Positions 8,985-18,888 of a DNA stretch of 64,000 bases are shown here, piece by piece (the stretch's first letter is position 1; the number at the start of each line of letters is the position of its first letter). This DNA comes from Clostridia bacterium (GTDB taxonomy: Bacteria > Bacillota > Clostridia > Christensenellales > CAG-138), in NCBI GenBank assembly GCA_017448545.1, contig JAFSLH010000025.1:1262-65261 (forward strand), in the 5' to 3' direction. The notes under the pieces were generated by a model that did not search any database, had not been told where the DNA came from, and saw only the letters and a program-made list of their open reading frames with translations. A program made the position numbers and the translations under genes.

Positions 8985-11393
8985 TTACGCGACGACGATA
9001 TTCACGATGTTCTTGACGACGATGACCTTGCGGATCGTTTTGCCGGCGAGATAGGGCTGCACGTCCGCGGCGGCCCTGGCGGCCTGTTCGATCGCGGCTT
9101 TGTCCGCGTCGGCCGGGAGCGGGATGCGCGCGCGAATCTTGCCGTTGACCTGCACGCCGTACTCGACCTCCTGCACCGCAAGCGCGGCTTCGTCGTACGT
9201 CGGCCACGGGGCGTGGTGGAGCTGCTCAGGATAGCCGAGCTGCTCGTTCATTTCCTCGGTCATGTGCGGCGCAAACGGGTACAGCAGCTGCAGCAGCGTG
9301 TGCAGTTCGTCCTTCGTGACGCTGCCCTTGGCATAGAAGTCGTTGACGAGCGACATCATCGCGGCGATCGCCGTATTGAACTTCATGTGCTCGATATCGT
9401 CGGAGACCTTCTTGATGCAGGCATGGACGGCGCTGCGCTGCTTGAGGTCGGTATCGCCCTCGCCCTCGACCATATCCATGAGGCGCCATACACGATCCAA
9501 AAACCGCTTGCAGCCGTTCGCGCTCTGGTCGTTCCACGGCGTCGCCGCCATGTAGTCGCCCATGAACATGACGTAGGTGCGCAGCGTGTCCGCGCCGAAC
9601 CGCTCGATCACGTCGATCGGATCGACGACGTTGCCCTTGGACTTGCTCATCTTGTCGCCGTCCGGGCCGAGAATCAGGCCCTGATACGTGCGCTTGGCGT
9701 ACGGCTCCGGCGTGTTGACCTCGCCGATGTCGTACAGGAAATGGTGCCAGAACCGCGAATACAGCAGATGGCGCGTGACGTGCTCCATGCCGCCGTTGTA
9801 CCAGTCGACCGGCATCCAGTACGCCATCTTCTCCGGGTCGCAGAACCGCTCCGCATTGTGCGGATCGATAAAGCGCAGGTAGTACCAGCTCGACCCGGCC
9901 CACTGCGGCATCGTATCGGTTTCGCGCTTCGCCGCGCCGCCGCACTTGGGGCAAGTGCAGTTCACGAACGACTCGATCCGCGCGAGCGGCGACTGACCGT
10001 CGGTGCCCGGTTCGAAGTTCTCAACGTCCGGCAGCGTCAGCGGCAGTTCGTCATACGGCACGCCGACCGTTCCGCAGACGGGGCAATGGATCAGCGGGAT
10101 CGGCTCGCCCCAATAGCGCTGGCGGTTGAACGCCCAGTCCTTCATCTTATACTGCACGCCCTTATGCCCGATCCCCTTCTTTGCGAGGAACTCGAGCATC
10201 GCCGCGATGGAATCCTTCTTGTTGTCGTAGGCGTTCAAAAAGTCCGAATTGATCATCTGCCCGTTGCCGGTATACGCTTCCTTCGAAACGTCGCCGCCCG
10301 CGATGACCGGCAGAATTTCGACGCCGAACTTTTGCGCAAACTCCCAGTCGCGCTGATCGTGCGCGGGAACGGCCATGATCGCGCCCGTGCCGTAGCCCAT
10401 CATGACGTAATCGGCGAGGAACACCGGAATCTCTTTCCCGTTGACCGGATTGATCGCCGTGAAGCCCTCGAGCCGCACGCCGGTCTTGTCCTTGACGAGC
10501 TGCGTCCGCTCGAACTCGGTCTTTTTCGCACATTCGGCGCGGTACGCTTCGACCGCATCCCAATTCGCAATCCGATCGCGGTACTGATCGAGCAGCGGAT
10601 GCTCCGGCGCCATGACCATGAACGTCACGCCGAACAGCGTGTCGCAGCGGGTCGTATAGATTTCGAGCGTTTCGGGAATCTCCTTGATTCTGAACTCCAC
10701 GAACGCGCCGACGGACTTGCCGATCCAGTCGATTTCCTGCTGCTTGATCGAATCGGGATAGTCGACGTCGTTCAGCCCGTCGAGCAGCTTATCGGCGTAC
10801 GCCGTGATCTTCAGGTACCAGACGTCTTTCGGAAGCTGCACGACGTCGCTGTGGCAGATATCGCACTTGCCGCCCTGCGAATCCTCGTTGGACAGGACGA
10901 CCTTGCAGTGCGGGCAGTAATTGACCTGCGTTTTCGCGCGGAACACGAGCCCGTGATCGAACAGCTTGCGGAAAATCCACTGCGTCCAGCGGTAATACTC
11001 CGGCAGGGACGTCGCGATCTCGCGATCCCAGTCGAACGAATAGCCGACGCGGCGCATCTGCTCCTTGAAATGCTCGATGTTCGCGGTCGTGATCACATGC
11101 GGATGCGTATTCGTCTTGATCGCGTAGTTTTCCGCGGGCAGGCCGAACGAATCGAAGCCCATCGGGAACAGGACGTTATAGCCCTGCATGCGGCGCTTGC
11201 GCGCGATGACCTCGAGGCTCGTATACGCCTTGATGTGCCCGACGTGCATGCCCGCGCCGGACGGGTACGGGAACTCGACCAGGCCGTAAAACTTCGGCTT
11301 GTCGGTCGTTTCCTCGGCGGCAAAGCAGCGCTGCTCCGCCCATTTCTGTTGCCATTTCTGCTCGATTGCGGCAAAATCGTATCGTTCCGCCAT
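8985..11393 (-). CDS. leuS: Leucine--tRNA ligase
   Basis: FPYPSG.GMHVGH, GTGAIMAVPAHDQRD editing motif, QRYWGEPIP, KMSKS, VQVNGKIR; probable start MAERYDF. Confidence 0.97.
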   Translation of the reverse strand: MAERYDFAAIEQKWQQKWAEQRCFAAEETTDKPKFYGLVEFPYPSGAGMHVGHIKAYTSLEVIARKRRMQGYNVLFPMGFDSFGLPAENYAIKTNTHPHVITTANIEHFKEQMRRVGYSFDWDREIATSLPEYYRWTQWIFRKLFDHGLVFRAKTQVNYCPHCKVVLSNEDSQGGKCDICHSDVVQLPKDVWYLKITAYADKLLDGLNDVDYPDSIKQQEIDWIGKSVGAFVEFRIKEIPETLEIYTTRCDTLFGVTFMVMAPEHPLLDQYRDRIANWDAVEAYRAECAKKTEFERTQLVKDKTGVRLEGFTAINPVNGKEIPVFLADYVMMGYGTGAIMAVPAHDQRDWEFAQKFGVEILPVIAGGDVSKEAYTGNGQMINSDFLNAYDNKKDSIAAMLEFLAKKGIGHKGVQYKMKDWAFNRQRYWGEPIPLIHCPVCGTVGVPYDELPLTLPDVENFEPGTDGQSPLARIESFVNCTCPKCGGAAKRETDTMPQWAGSSWYYLRFIDPHNAERFCDPEKMAYWMPVDWYNGGMEHVTRHLLYSRFWHHFLYDIGEVNTPEPYAKRTYQGLILGPDGDKMSKSKGNVVDPIDVIERFGADTLRTYVMFMGDYMAATPWNDQSANGCKRFLDRVWRLMDMVEGEGDTDLKQRSAVHACIKKVSDDIEHMKFNTAIAAMMSLVNDFYAKGSVTKDELHTLLQLLYPFAPHMTEEMNEQLGYPEQLHHAPWPTYDEAALAVQEVEYGVQVNGKIRARIPLPADADKAAIEQAARAAADVQPYLAGKTIRKVIVVKNIVNIVVA

Positions 11394-11548
11394 ACCTGTC
11401 TTCCTTTCCCTGTTTGCCCCTTGCAATGTGGTTTTACTTTAACTTTTTCGGCGGCTTTTGTCAACCGCTTTACAAGAATTTGGGTTTATGATATAGTAAT
11501 ATGAAAATTTGCCGGATCGGCGTCTTTCTCGGAAAGGAGTTTCTTCTC

Positions 11549-12562
11549 ATGATCGGAGAATACCTGTTTCATATCGGCTCGTTCGGCGTTCCGTCGATGG
11601 GCTTCTGCATTCTGGTCGGAACGATCCTCGCGATGTTCCTCTGCTACTACGCAAAGCGGTTCAGCAGCCTCGACTGGAACGACGAAATCCTGGACGGCGT
11701 GATCTGGGCCGTCATCGGCGGCTTCATCGGCATGAAGGTTCTGTACTGGATCGTCACGCCCGACGAATTCCTCGCCGTGTTCCGCGATTTTTCCTGGAAG
11801 CGGCTGCTCAGCCTGATCACCAGCGGCATGGTCTTTTACGGCGGACTCGTCGGCGGCGTCGCGGGCTTGTTGCTGCTCTGCCGCAAGAGGAAGCGCAATT
11901 TCTTCACGTTTGCGGACCTGATCCTGCCGTGCTTCTGCGTCGCGCACGCGGGGGGCCGGATCGGCTGTTTGCTCGTCGGCTGCTGCTACGGCGTGGCGGA
12001 GGGACAAAGCTGCTTCGGCGGGCTCTGCACCTATCACGGCGCGCTTGCCGTCCGGTATCTGAACGGCACGATGCGGCTGCCCGTGCCGCTGCTCGAGGCG
12101 ATCTTCCTGCTGCTGCTCGCGGGGCTGCTGCTGTTCCTTCTGAAGATCAACAAGCACCGCGGCACGGTCACCGGCTGGTACCTCGTCCTGTACGCGATCT
12201 GGCGGTTCTTCATTGAATATTTCCGCGGCGACGAAGTGCGCGGCATCTACGGCGTGTTCTCGACCTCGCAGTGGATCAGCATCGCGATCCTGGCCGCCGG
12301 CGTCGTGATTCTTGTGCTCTCGCGCAAGTGGCCGAAGGACGAACCGATCCGTGAGTTTGCGGAGGACGATCTCGTCGTGCCGCCGGAAGAGCCCGAACCG
12401 ATGCCGGAGCAGGAAATGCCCGAAGAACCGGACGAAGTCGCCGAGACGGAAGACGTCGCCGCCGTGGAGGAAGTCGCGGAAACGGCCGATGCAGGCGAAG
12501 AAATCGCTGCTCCCGACGCAGCGCCTGCGTCGGACGACGGAGCCGGGGACAGCGCAGAATGA
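11549..12562 (+). CDS. lgt: Prolipoprotein diacylglyceryl transferase with acidic C-terminal tail
   Basis: GMVFYGG, GRIGCLLVGCCYG, RFFIEYFR, STSQWIS motifs; AAAGGAG RBS. Confidence 0.9.
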   Translation: MIGEYLFHIGSFGVPSMGFCILVGTILAMFLCYYAKRFSSLDWNDEILDGVIWAVIGGFIGMKVLYWIVTPDEFLAVFRDFSWKRLLSLITSGMVFYGGLVGGVAGLLLLCRKRKRNFFTFADLILPCFCVAHAGGRIGCLLVGCCYGVAEGQSCFGGLCTYHGALAVRYLNGTMRLPVPLLEAIFLLLLAGLLLFLLKINKHRGTVTGWYLVLYAIWRFFIEYFRGDEVRGIYGVFSTSQWISIAILAAGVVILVLSRKWPKDEPIREFAEDDLVVPPEEPEPMPEQEMPEEPDEVAETEDVAAVEEVAETADAGEEIAAPDAAPASDDGAGDSAE

Positions 12563-13932
12563 AACGGTTTCGGACGGCAGCTTTGCTGCTTGCACTCCTG
12601 ACCGTCGCGTGCGTTGTGCCGACGGCGCTCCTTCCGCAGCCGACCGAAGCGCCGACCGCCGAGCCGACCGCGCCGCCGACGGAACCGCCCGTTTTGATTG
12701 CGGACGTCACGCTTGCGCCGACGCCCGAGCCGACGGCGACGCCGACCCCGGAGCCGACCGCAACGCCGGAGCCGACCGCAACGCCAAAGCCCACGCCCGA
12801 ACCGACGCCGACGCCGGAGCCGACGCCGATGGTCGCAACAATCGGCGCGGTCGGCGACATTATGGTTCCGAGCGGCATCGTTTCGGACGTGAAGCGTTCG
12901 GCCGACAACTATGATTTCTCCCGCCTGTTCGCGCCGGTCAGCGATCTGTTTCATTCCGTGGACTTCATGTGCGCGAACCTCGAAGCGCCGCTGGCGGGCG
13001 CGCAGGCGAAGTACAGCGTACAGGCCGCGAGCGGCGAAATTCCGCGGTTCAATTCGCCGGATTCGATTCTGGACGCCCTGCGGGACGCGGGCGTGGACCT
13101 CTTGACGACCGCGAACAATCACATGCTTGACAAGGAGCTGGACGGGCTTCTGCGCACGACGCAGACGATCCGCGACGCGGGCTTTTATCAGACCGGCTCG
13201 TACCTCGATGCGGAGGACCGCAAGTCCGTCTGCGTGGTCGACATCAACGGGATTCGCGTCGGGTTCATCGCCGAAACGCGGCTGATGAACGAGCGCACGA
13301 AGCATATTTCGGCGGACGCGCTGCCGATCCACGTCGGCATGCTGGTCGACGGTACGGAGCTTTCGAAAGACGTGCCGGACGACATTGCGCGGTGCCGGGA
13401 AGCGGGCGCGGAATTCATCATCCTGTTCCCGCACTGGGACTATGAAAACGACAACCCGCCGGACAAGCAGACGCAGCGGTACGCACAGCTGCTGCTCGAA
13501 GCCGGTGTGGACGCGATCGTCGGTTCGCACCCGCACAACATCAAGCGGACCGAGTACATGACCGTTTCGCGCGACGGCGGGGACTACACCGGCCTCGTCG
13601 CCTACTCGCTCGGAAACTTCACGGCCAATCAGGATACGCCGCGCTCGACCGGCCTGTTTCTGAAGCTGACGCTGACGAAGGACCTCGTGACCGGCGAAGT
13701 GACGCTGACCGACGCCGCGTACCTGCCGACGCTCGTGATGCGCCGCGACATCGACGCGCAGCGCTTTGCGGTCTTCCCCGCCTATGCGGAGCGTGACTTT
13801 GTGCCGGGCGACCCGTCGAACGCCGAATGGAAGCGGATCGGCAACGCCCGCGCCTTTGCGATCGGGATCGTCGGCGAGCCGGACGGCGTGCGCGTGATGG
13901 AAGCGCCGGAAGGGGCTGCCGCGGGAGAGTAA
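12559..13932 (+). CDS. CapA (PGA_cap) family metallophosphoesterase, exported, with PT-rich linker
   Basis: AVGDIM, ANLEAP, TTANNHMLD, PHW, VGSHPH, YSLGNF motifs. Confidence 0.9.
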   Translation: MKRFRTAALLLALLTVACVVPTALLPQPTEAPTAEPTAPPTEPPVLIADVTLAPTPEPTATPTPEPTATPEPTATPKPTPEPTPTPEPTPMVATIGAVGDIMVPSGIVSDVKRSADNYDFSRLFAPVSDLFHSVDFMCANLEAPLAGAQAKYSVQAASGEIPRFNSPDSILDALRDAGVDLLTTANNHMLDKELDGLLRTTQTIRDAGFYQTGSYLDAEDRKSVCVVDINGIRVGFIAETRLMNERTKHISADALPIHVGMLVDGTELSKDVPDDIARCREAGAEFIILFPHWDYENDNPPDKQTQRYAQLLLEAGVDAIVGSHPHNIKRTEYMTVSRDGGDYTGLVAYSLGNFTANQDTPRSTGLFLKLTLTKDLVTGEVTLTDAAYLPTLVMRRDIDAQRFAVFPAYAERDFVPGDPSNAEWKRIGNARAFAIGIVGEPDGVRVMEAPEGAAAGE

Positions 13933-13951
13933 AGCAAATTGAATACCCAAT

Positions 13952-13980
13952 CGGAGGGAGAACATCCCTCCGTTTTTTTG
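13952..13980 (+). terminator. Intrinsic terminator
   Basis: CGGAGGGA-GAACA-TCCCTCCG followed by T7. Confidence 0.8.
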
Positions 13981-14001
13981 TCCGGCAATCTTCCCTGCGC
14001 A

Positions 14002-14067
14002 TCCGACCCTACAATCCTCCCGATCGCTTCGCGATCCTCCCTCCTTTACACAAGGAGGGCTGTTTTG
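14002..14067. repeat. REP-like element, family B
   Basis: Near-identical to 6673-6740. Confidence 0.85.
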
Positions 14068-14098
14068 TAAAAACGAGTTAAAAACTTGCAAAAAGCAC

Positions 14099-14127
14099 TT
14101 TACAACTTTAGCGTGCTAAAGTATAAT
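14099..14127 (+). promoter_or_regulatory. Sigma70 promoter with palindromic YerC/HisR-type operator in the spacer
   Basis: TTTACA-17-TATAAT; ACTTTAGC-GT-GCTAAAGT palindrome at 14105-14122. Confidence 0.8.
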
Positions 14128-14160
14128 GCGGCCATACCAATTCCACGGAGGACAAAAACC

Positions 14161-14928
14161 ATGAAAAAACGGATCATTTGCCTGTTGGCGGCATTGCTGC
14201 TTGTGAGCGCGGCGTTCGGCTGCGCGGGAAAGGCCGCATCGACCGATTCGGCGAAAATCAAGGCGAAGGGCAAGCTGGTCGTCGGCATTACCGATTTTGA
14301 ACCGATGGACTACCTCGACGAGAACGGCAACTGGATCGGCTTCGACGCGGACCTTGCGGTCGAGTTTGCGAAGAGTCTCGGCGTACAGGCGGAATTCACC
14401 GTAATCGACTGGGACAGCAAGACGATGGAACTCGACGCGGGCAACATCGACTGCGTCTGGAACGGCATGACGCTGACGGACGGCGTCAAGGCGGCGATGG
14501 AGACGAGCAAGCCGTACTGCGGCAACGCGCAGGTCATCGTCACGACGGCGGACAAGGCGGCCGCGTTCCATAACGGCGCCGCGACGTTTGCGGTCGAAGC
14601 CGGTTCGGCGGGCGAAGAAGTCGCCAAGGAAAAAGGTTGGAACGTTGTGGCGGTGCAGTCGCAGGGCGACGCGCTGCTGGAGGTCGCTTCCGGCACGAGC
14701 GACGCGTGCATCATCGACCGGCTCATGGCCCGCGCGATGACCGGCGAAGGCACGAGCTATCCGGACCTCGTCATTACCGAAGCGCTGAACGAGGAGGAAT
14801 ACGGCGTCGGCTTCCGCAAGGGGTCCGACCTCGCGGCGATGCTGGATACGTTCCTCGACGGCAAATATGCGGACGGCAGCCTGGCGGCGCTCGCCCAGAA
14901 ATACGACGTAGACCTGCTCGCCCGGTAA
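14161..14928 (+). CDS. Polar amino-acid ABC transporter substrate-binding lipoprotein
   Basis: Lipobox AFGC; GFDADLA, IDWD, DCVWNGMT, EEYGVGFRKG. Confidence 0.92.
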   Translation: MKKRIICLLAALLLVSAAFGCAGKAASTDSAKIKAKGKLVVGITDFEPMDYLDENGNWIGFDADLAVEFAKSLGVQAEFTVIDWDSKTMELDAGNIDCVWNGMTLTDGVKAAMETSKPYCGNAQVIVTTADKAAAFHNGAATFAVEAGSAGEEVAKEKGWNVVAVQSQGDALLEVASGTSDACIIDRLMARAMTGEGTSYPDLVITEALNEEEYGVGFRKGSDLAAMLDTFLDGKYADGSLAALAQKYDVDLLAR

Positions 14929-14933
14929 CGGTT

Positions 14934-15593
14934 ATGCTCGGCGAAGTCCTTGTTTCGCTCGGAAACGGTTTTCTGCAGTCGCTCGAGCTGTTCGGGCTGA
15001 CGCTGCTCGGCGGACTCCCGCTCGGACTGATCATTGCGTTCGGTTCGATGTCGAAGTTCAAGCCGCTGCAGACGGCGGTGCGCGGGATCGTCTGGGTCGT
15101 CCGCGGCACGCCGCTGATGCTGCAGCTGATCGTGATCTATTACGGTCCCGGACTGCTCGCCAAGGGCAGCAATTTCTGGGGCGGCGGTTCCGGCGGCCGA
15201 ATGACGGCCGCCGCCGTTGCGTTCATTGTGAACTATGCGTGCTACTTTTCGGAGATCTATCGCGGCGGCATCGAGAGCATCCCCCGCGGGCAGATCGAGG
15301 CGGGGCGCGTGCTCGGCATGTCGAACGGGCAAATCTTCTTCCGGATTCAGCTCAAGCAGGTCTATAAGCGCATCCTGCCGCCGATCGGCAACGAAGTCAT
15401 TACGCTCGTGAAGGATACGTGCCTGGCGCGCATCATTGCGATCTACGAGCTGACCTATGCGGGACAGGCGTACATCAAGTCGGACGGTCTCATCTGGCCG
15501 CTGCTGATGACCGGCGCGTTCTACCTGCTGTTCTCCGGCCTGCTTTCGTGGCTGTTGAAGCGCGGCGAGAAGCGGCTCGCGTATTTTGAGTGA
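14934..15593 (+). CDS. Amino-acid ABC transporter permease
   Basis: RGTPLMLQL, EIYRGGIESIPRGQIEA, LVKDT. Confidence 0.92.
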   Translation: MLGEVLVSLGNGFLQSLELFGLTLLGGLPLGLIIAFGSMSKFKPLQTAVRGIVWVVRGTPLMLQLIVIYYGPGLLAKGSNFWGGGSGGRMTAAAVAFIVNYACYFSEIYRGGIESIPRGQIEAGRVLGMSNGQIFFRIQLKQVYKRILPPIGNEVITLVKDTCLARIIAIYELTYAGQAYIKSDGLIWPLLMTGAFYLLFSGLLSWLLKRGEKRLAYFE

Positions 15594-15602
15594 GGTGCGA
15601 CG

Positions 15603-16343
15603 ATGGCATATCTGGAAATGGAACGACTCGGCAAGCGGTTCGGTACGACGGAAGTGCTGCGCGACGTGACACTTTCTTTGGACAAGGGGCAGATCCTGAC
15701 CGTAATCGGGCCGTCCGGCGAAGGGAAAACGACGTTTTTGCGCTGTCTGAACCTTTTGGAAACACCGGACACGGGGATCGTCCGGCTGAACGGGGAACTG
15801 CTGTATGACGCGTCCGCGATCGACCGCGAAGCGCAAAGGCGCGTGCATCGCGCGTTCGGATTCGTGTTTCAGGCGTTTCATCTGTTCCCGCAGTACACGG
15901 TGCTCGAGAACGTGATGCTCGCGCCGACGATCGTCAAGCGTGAGCCGAAGGAGCCGCTGAAAGCGCGGAGCATGGCGCTGCTCGAGAAGGTCGGGCTTGC
16001 ACAGCTTTGGAACCGCTACCCGATCACGCTTTCGGGCGGGCAGCAGCAGCGCGCGGCGATCGCGCGGGCGCTTGCGATGGAGCCGGAGGTGCTCTGCTTT
16101 GACGAGCCGACGAGCGCGCTCGACCCGGAGCTGACGCAGGAAGTGCTGAAGGTAATCCGGCTTTTGAAGGACGAGGGACGGACGATGATCGTCGTCACGC
16201 ATGAAATGGCCTTTGCGCGCGACGCTTCCGACGTGATTCTGTTCCTGAAGAACAACACGATCGGGGAAATCGGAACGCCGGACGAGCTGTTCGGCGCGCC
16301 GAAAACGGAAGCGCTGAAGCGGTTTTTGCTGCAGGCGGACTGA
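15603..16343 (+). CDS. Amino-acid ABC transporter ATP-binding protein
   Basis: GPSGEGKTT, LSGGQQQR, FDEPTSALDPE, VTHE. Confidence 0.93.
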   Translation: MAYLEMERLGKRFGTTEVLRDVTLSLDKGQILTVIGPSGEGKTTFLRCLNLLETPDTGIVRLNGELLYDASAIDREAQRRVHRAFGFVFQAFHLFPQYTVLENVMLAPTIVKREPKEPLKARSMALLEKVGLAQLWNRYPITLSGGQQQRAAIARALAMEPEVLCFDEPTSALDPELTQEVLKVIRLLKDEGRTMIVVTHEMAFARDASDVILFLKNNTIGEIGTPDELFGAPKTEALKRFLLQAD

Positions 16344-16367
16344 ATAGGGAAACGGGGGAAATCGAAC

Positions 16368-16643
16368 ATGGAGAAACGGAAAACGGAAGAACTGATCCCG
16401 GAGCTGTACGAAACGATCGTGCGGCTTGAGACGACGGAGGACTGCGCGGCGTTCTTTTCCGACCTCTGCACGTTCAAGGAGCTGGAACAGATGGCGCAGC
16501 GGCTCGCCGCGGCCAAGCTGCTGCTCGACGGGAAAACGTACGTGCAGGTCATCGACGAGGTCGACATTTCGTCTGCGACGCTGAGCCGCGTTTCGCGCTG
16601 CATCCGCTACAGCGACGGATACGCGAGGATGCTGAAAGAGTGA
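16368..16643 (+). CDS. YerC/YecD TrpR-family repressor (HisR-like)
   Basis: FFSDLCT..EL..MAQRL, SSATLSRVSRC signature. Confidence 0.85.
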   Translation: MEKRKTEELIPELYETIVRLETTEDCAAFFSDLCTFKELEQMAQRLAAAKLLLDGKTYVQVIDEVDISSATLSRVSRCIRYSDGYARMLKE

Positions 16644-16648
16644 GAATG

Positions 16649-16845
16649 GTGAATTCTCGCTTCGCTCCGTGAATTGTCCTGTAGACGTGAATTGACCGCT
16701 TCGCGGTCGTGAATTGCCTGCGGCATGAAAGCTGTCGTGAAGGTGCGGTTTCCGGACGAAACTCCATTATCACGACAACGCAGTTGTCAATTCACGCATT
16801 TATGCAATTCATGGCGAAGCCAATTCACGCGCTTGCGCAATTCAC
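16649..16845. repeat. Bipartite inverted GTGAATT/AATTCAC hairpin array, family A
   Basis: 4 GTGAATT units, core GTCGTGA..TCACGAC, 4 AATTCA(C/T) units. Confidence 0.85.
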
Positions 16846-16846
16846 C

Positions 16847-16884
16847 AAAAGGGTGCTCGGAATCCGGTTTCGAACACCCTTTTT
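16847..16884. terminator. Bidirectional terminator
   Basis: AAAAGGGTGCTCGGAA..TTCGAACACCCTTTT. Confidence 0.7.
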
Positions 16885-16901
16885 CATTATAGTATGTTGT
16901 T

Positions 16902-18350
16902 TTACCAGGGGCGGCGGGCGTTGACGAAGTTGCGCTTCCAGTAGTTGGACAGGGAACGCTTGACCACCTTGCCGTTGCCGGACGAGGCGTCGATCATCAT
17001 ACCGCCGCCGATATAGATGCCGGTATGGCTGACGCTCTTGGAATCGTCGCTGCGGAAGAACAGGATATCGCCGCGCTGCAGATCGCTGATCGACTTGATT
17101 TCCTTCCAGTCCGACTTTTTCGAGTAGCCGGACGCGCTGAGCCGCGTGACCGAAACGCCCGCCTGCCGCAGGCAGTAATAGACGAAGCCGGAGCAGTCGA
17201 AGCTGTTTGGGCCGCGGTCGCCGAGGACGTATTCGCAGCCGATCTTCGACGTGGCGGCGGAAATGAATTTATCGATCCGCTTCTCCTTCGAGGACTGCTC
17301 CTGCGCTTTCTTTTCGGCTTCCTTCGCCTTCTGCTCCTCCGCCTTCTGCTTGGCGGCTTCCTCCTTGGCCTTGCGCTCGGCTTCTTCCGCTTCGGCCTTC
17401 TGCTTCGCTTCGAGCGATTCGGAAATCTTCGCGTCGTCGCTGTACAGCTTGTCGAGCGTCTTCTCCCCCGCCTTGCCGTCCGCCGTCAGCTTGTTCCGCT
17501 TCTGGAACGCCATGACGGCTTCGGTCGTGATCGCGCCGTAGACGCTGTCCACCTGACTGCTCGAGAGGTAGCCGAGGTCGACGAGCTGCTCCTGCAGCAT
17601 CTTGACGTCGCGGCCCTCCGCGCCCTCTTTCAGCGTGTACTTCTGCGCGTCGCCGCTGTAGAGGAGTTCGAGCGTCTGCGTTCCCGCAACGCCGTCCATT
17701 TCCAGTCCGTGCTGTCGCTGGAACAGCTTGACCGCGTATTCGGTCGCGCTGCCGTAATAGTTCGTCGGCTCGTCGATTTCGAGGTAGCCGAGTTTGATCA
17801 GCCGCTTTTGCAGCGTCAGGACTTCGTCCCGCTCGTCGTGCTTTTTCAGCACCAGCGGTTCGGCGGTCGGTTCCGCCGCAATCACGACGGTTTGCTGTTC
17901 CGCTGCCGCAGCGTTCCCCTCAGCGACCGCTTCCGCCTGTGCTTCGGGTTCGGACAGCGCTTCGGGCAGCGCCGGTTCGGCTTCGATCCACGCTGATTCG
18001 GCTTCGGACAGCGCTTCGTCCGGTTCGGGCATCGCGCGCTCGATCGGTTCGGCGGCCTCGTCGCTTTCCGTGACAGCCGCGCGCACGGCGTTCCCCCTGC
18101 GGCAGGCCGACACGCCGACGGACAGCGCGATGATAAACAGCAGCAGCGCAAACACGAAGACGACCGACGCAGCGATCATGCGCTGCCGGTCGAGACTCTG
18201 CGCGCGAAACCGCTTCCAAAGCCGGCCGGCCCATGCGCCGATCGCCTTTGCAGCGGTCACAACGATATGCTGAACGGTTTGCCAAACCGTGCCGAGGACG
18301 GCGCCCGCGGACGATCCGGCGGTTCGATTGTTCGATCTGTTTCCTTCCAT
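16902..18350 (-). CDS. NlpC/P60 peptidoglycan endopeptidase with two PG-binding domains and TM anchor
   Basis: LQKRLIKLGY/FQRQHGL..DG.AG..T repeats; FDCSGFV, HTGIY, DASS. Confidence 0.9.
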   Translation of the reverse strand: MEGNRSNNRTAGSSAGAVLGTVWQTVQHIVVTAAKAIGAWAGRLWKRFRAQSLDRQRMIAASVVFVFALLLFIIALSVGVSACRRGNAVRAAVTESDEAAEPIERAMPEPDEALSEAESAWIEAEPALPEALSEPEAQAEAVAEGNAAAAEQQTVVIAAEPTAEPLVLKKHDERDEVLTLQKRLIKLGYLEIDEPTNYYGSATEYAVKLFQRQHGLEMDGVAGTQTLELLYSGDAQKYTLKEGAEGRDVKMLQEQLVDLGYLSSSQVDSVYGAITTEAVMAFQKRNKLTADGKAGEKTLDKLYSDDAKISESLEAKQKAEAEEAERKAKEEAAKQKAEEQKAKEAEKKAQEQSSKEKRIDKFISAATSKIGCEYVLGDRGPNSFDCSGFVYYCLRQAGVSVTRLSASGYSKKSDWKEIKSISDLQRGDILFFRSDDSKSVSHTGIYIGGGMMIDASSGNGKVVKRSLSNYWKRNFVNARRPW

Positions 18351-18514
18351 GCCCCCAGTTTACGACCGACTTCGCGTGCGTGCAAGCGGCTGCGGCATCT
18401 GTTAACGCAAAATTCAAGGTTCGGACGCATTTTGTCCGCAATTTCGAAAATAATGCAACCATTTTGGCGAATCTGTGGTATTCTGTATAGGAAAACAGGA
18501 AAGGGGAAACGCCC

Positions 18515-18871
18515 ATGAAACAGCAAAAAATGACCGATTACAAGCCGAGCTACCCGAAACGGTTCTTTCAGGGTGCGGCGATCACCGCGGCGACGGTGCT
18601 TGCGCTCTCTCCGATGACCGGCTGCAAGCCGCTCAGTGAGCTGACGACCTCCGGCGCGGTCGCGATCGATCAGCCGACGGACGATCCCGGCGAATTGGTG
18701 CTGGACGGCGAAGTCATGATTGACGAGCCGACCGACGAAGGAACGCTGCCGGATGAAACCGAAGCGTGCCCGGATGACGTGCTTGTGACCGACGGCGAAG
18801 TCGCGGTGGACGAACCAGACGACATGGTGCGGACGGACGGCATTGTGGCCCTGCCCGAAGACGGCGAATAA
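18515..18871 (+). CDS. Acidic repeat-containing putative lipoprotein; candidate radical SAM substrate
   Basis: GGAAAGGGG RBS; N-terminal YKPSYPK, hydrophobic stretch ending MTGC, four [TL][SD]GxV repeats; 17 bp upstream of rSAM gene. Confidence 0.7.
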   Translation: MKQQKMTDYKPSYPKRFFQGAAITAATVLALSPMTGCKPLSELTTSGAVAIDQPTDDPGELVLDGEVMIDEPTDEGTLPDETEACPDDVLVTDGEVAVDEPDDMVRTDGIVALPEDGE

Positions 18872-18888
18872 TCCGAACGGAGGGCGCT

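Noticed and set aside
8715-11504. 929-aa plus-strand ORF and other long antisense ORFs (e.g. 24715-27492, 2315-3790, 45287-47203)
   Set aside because: Shadows of real genes on the opposite strand caused by high-GC codon bias; no motifs
11394-11548. T-box riboswitch upstream of leuS
   Set aside because: Only ~150 bp shared with divergent lgt; no T-box consensus or terminator seen
12640-12830. Pro/Thr coding repeats in CapA and in the 24802 gene
   Set aside because: Ordinary low-complexity linkers of exported proteins
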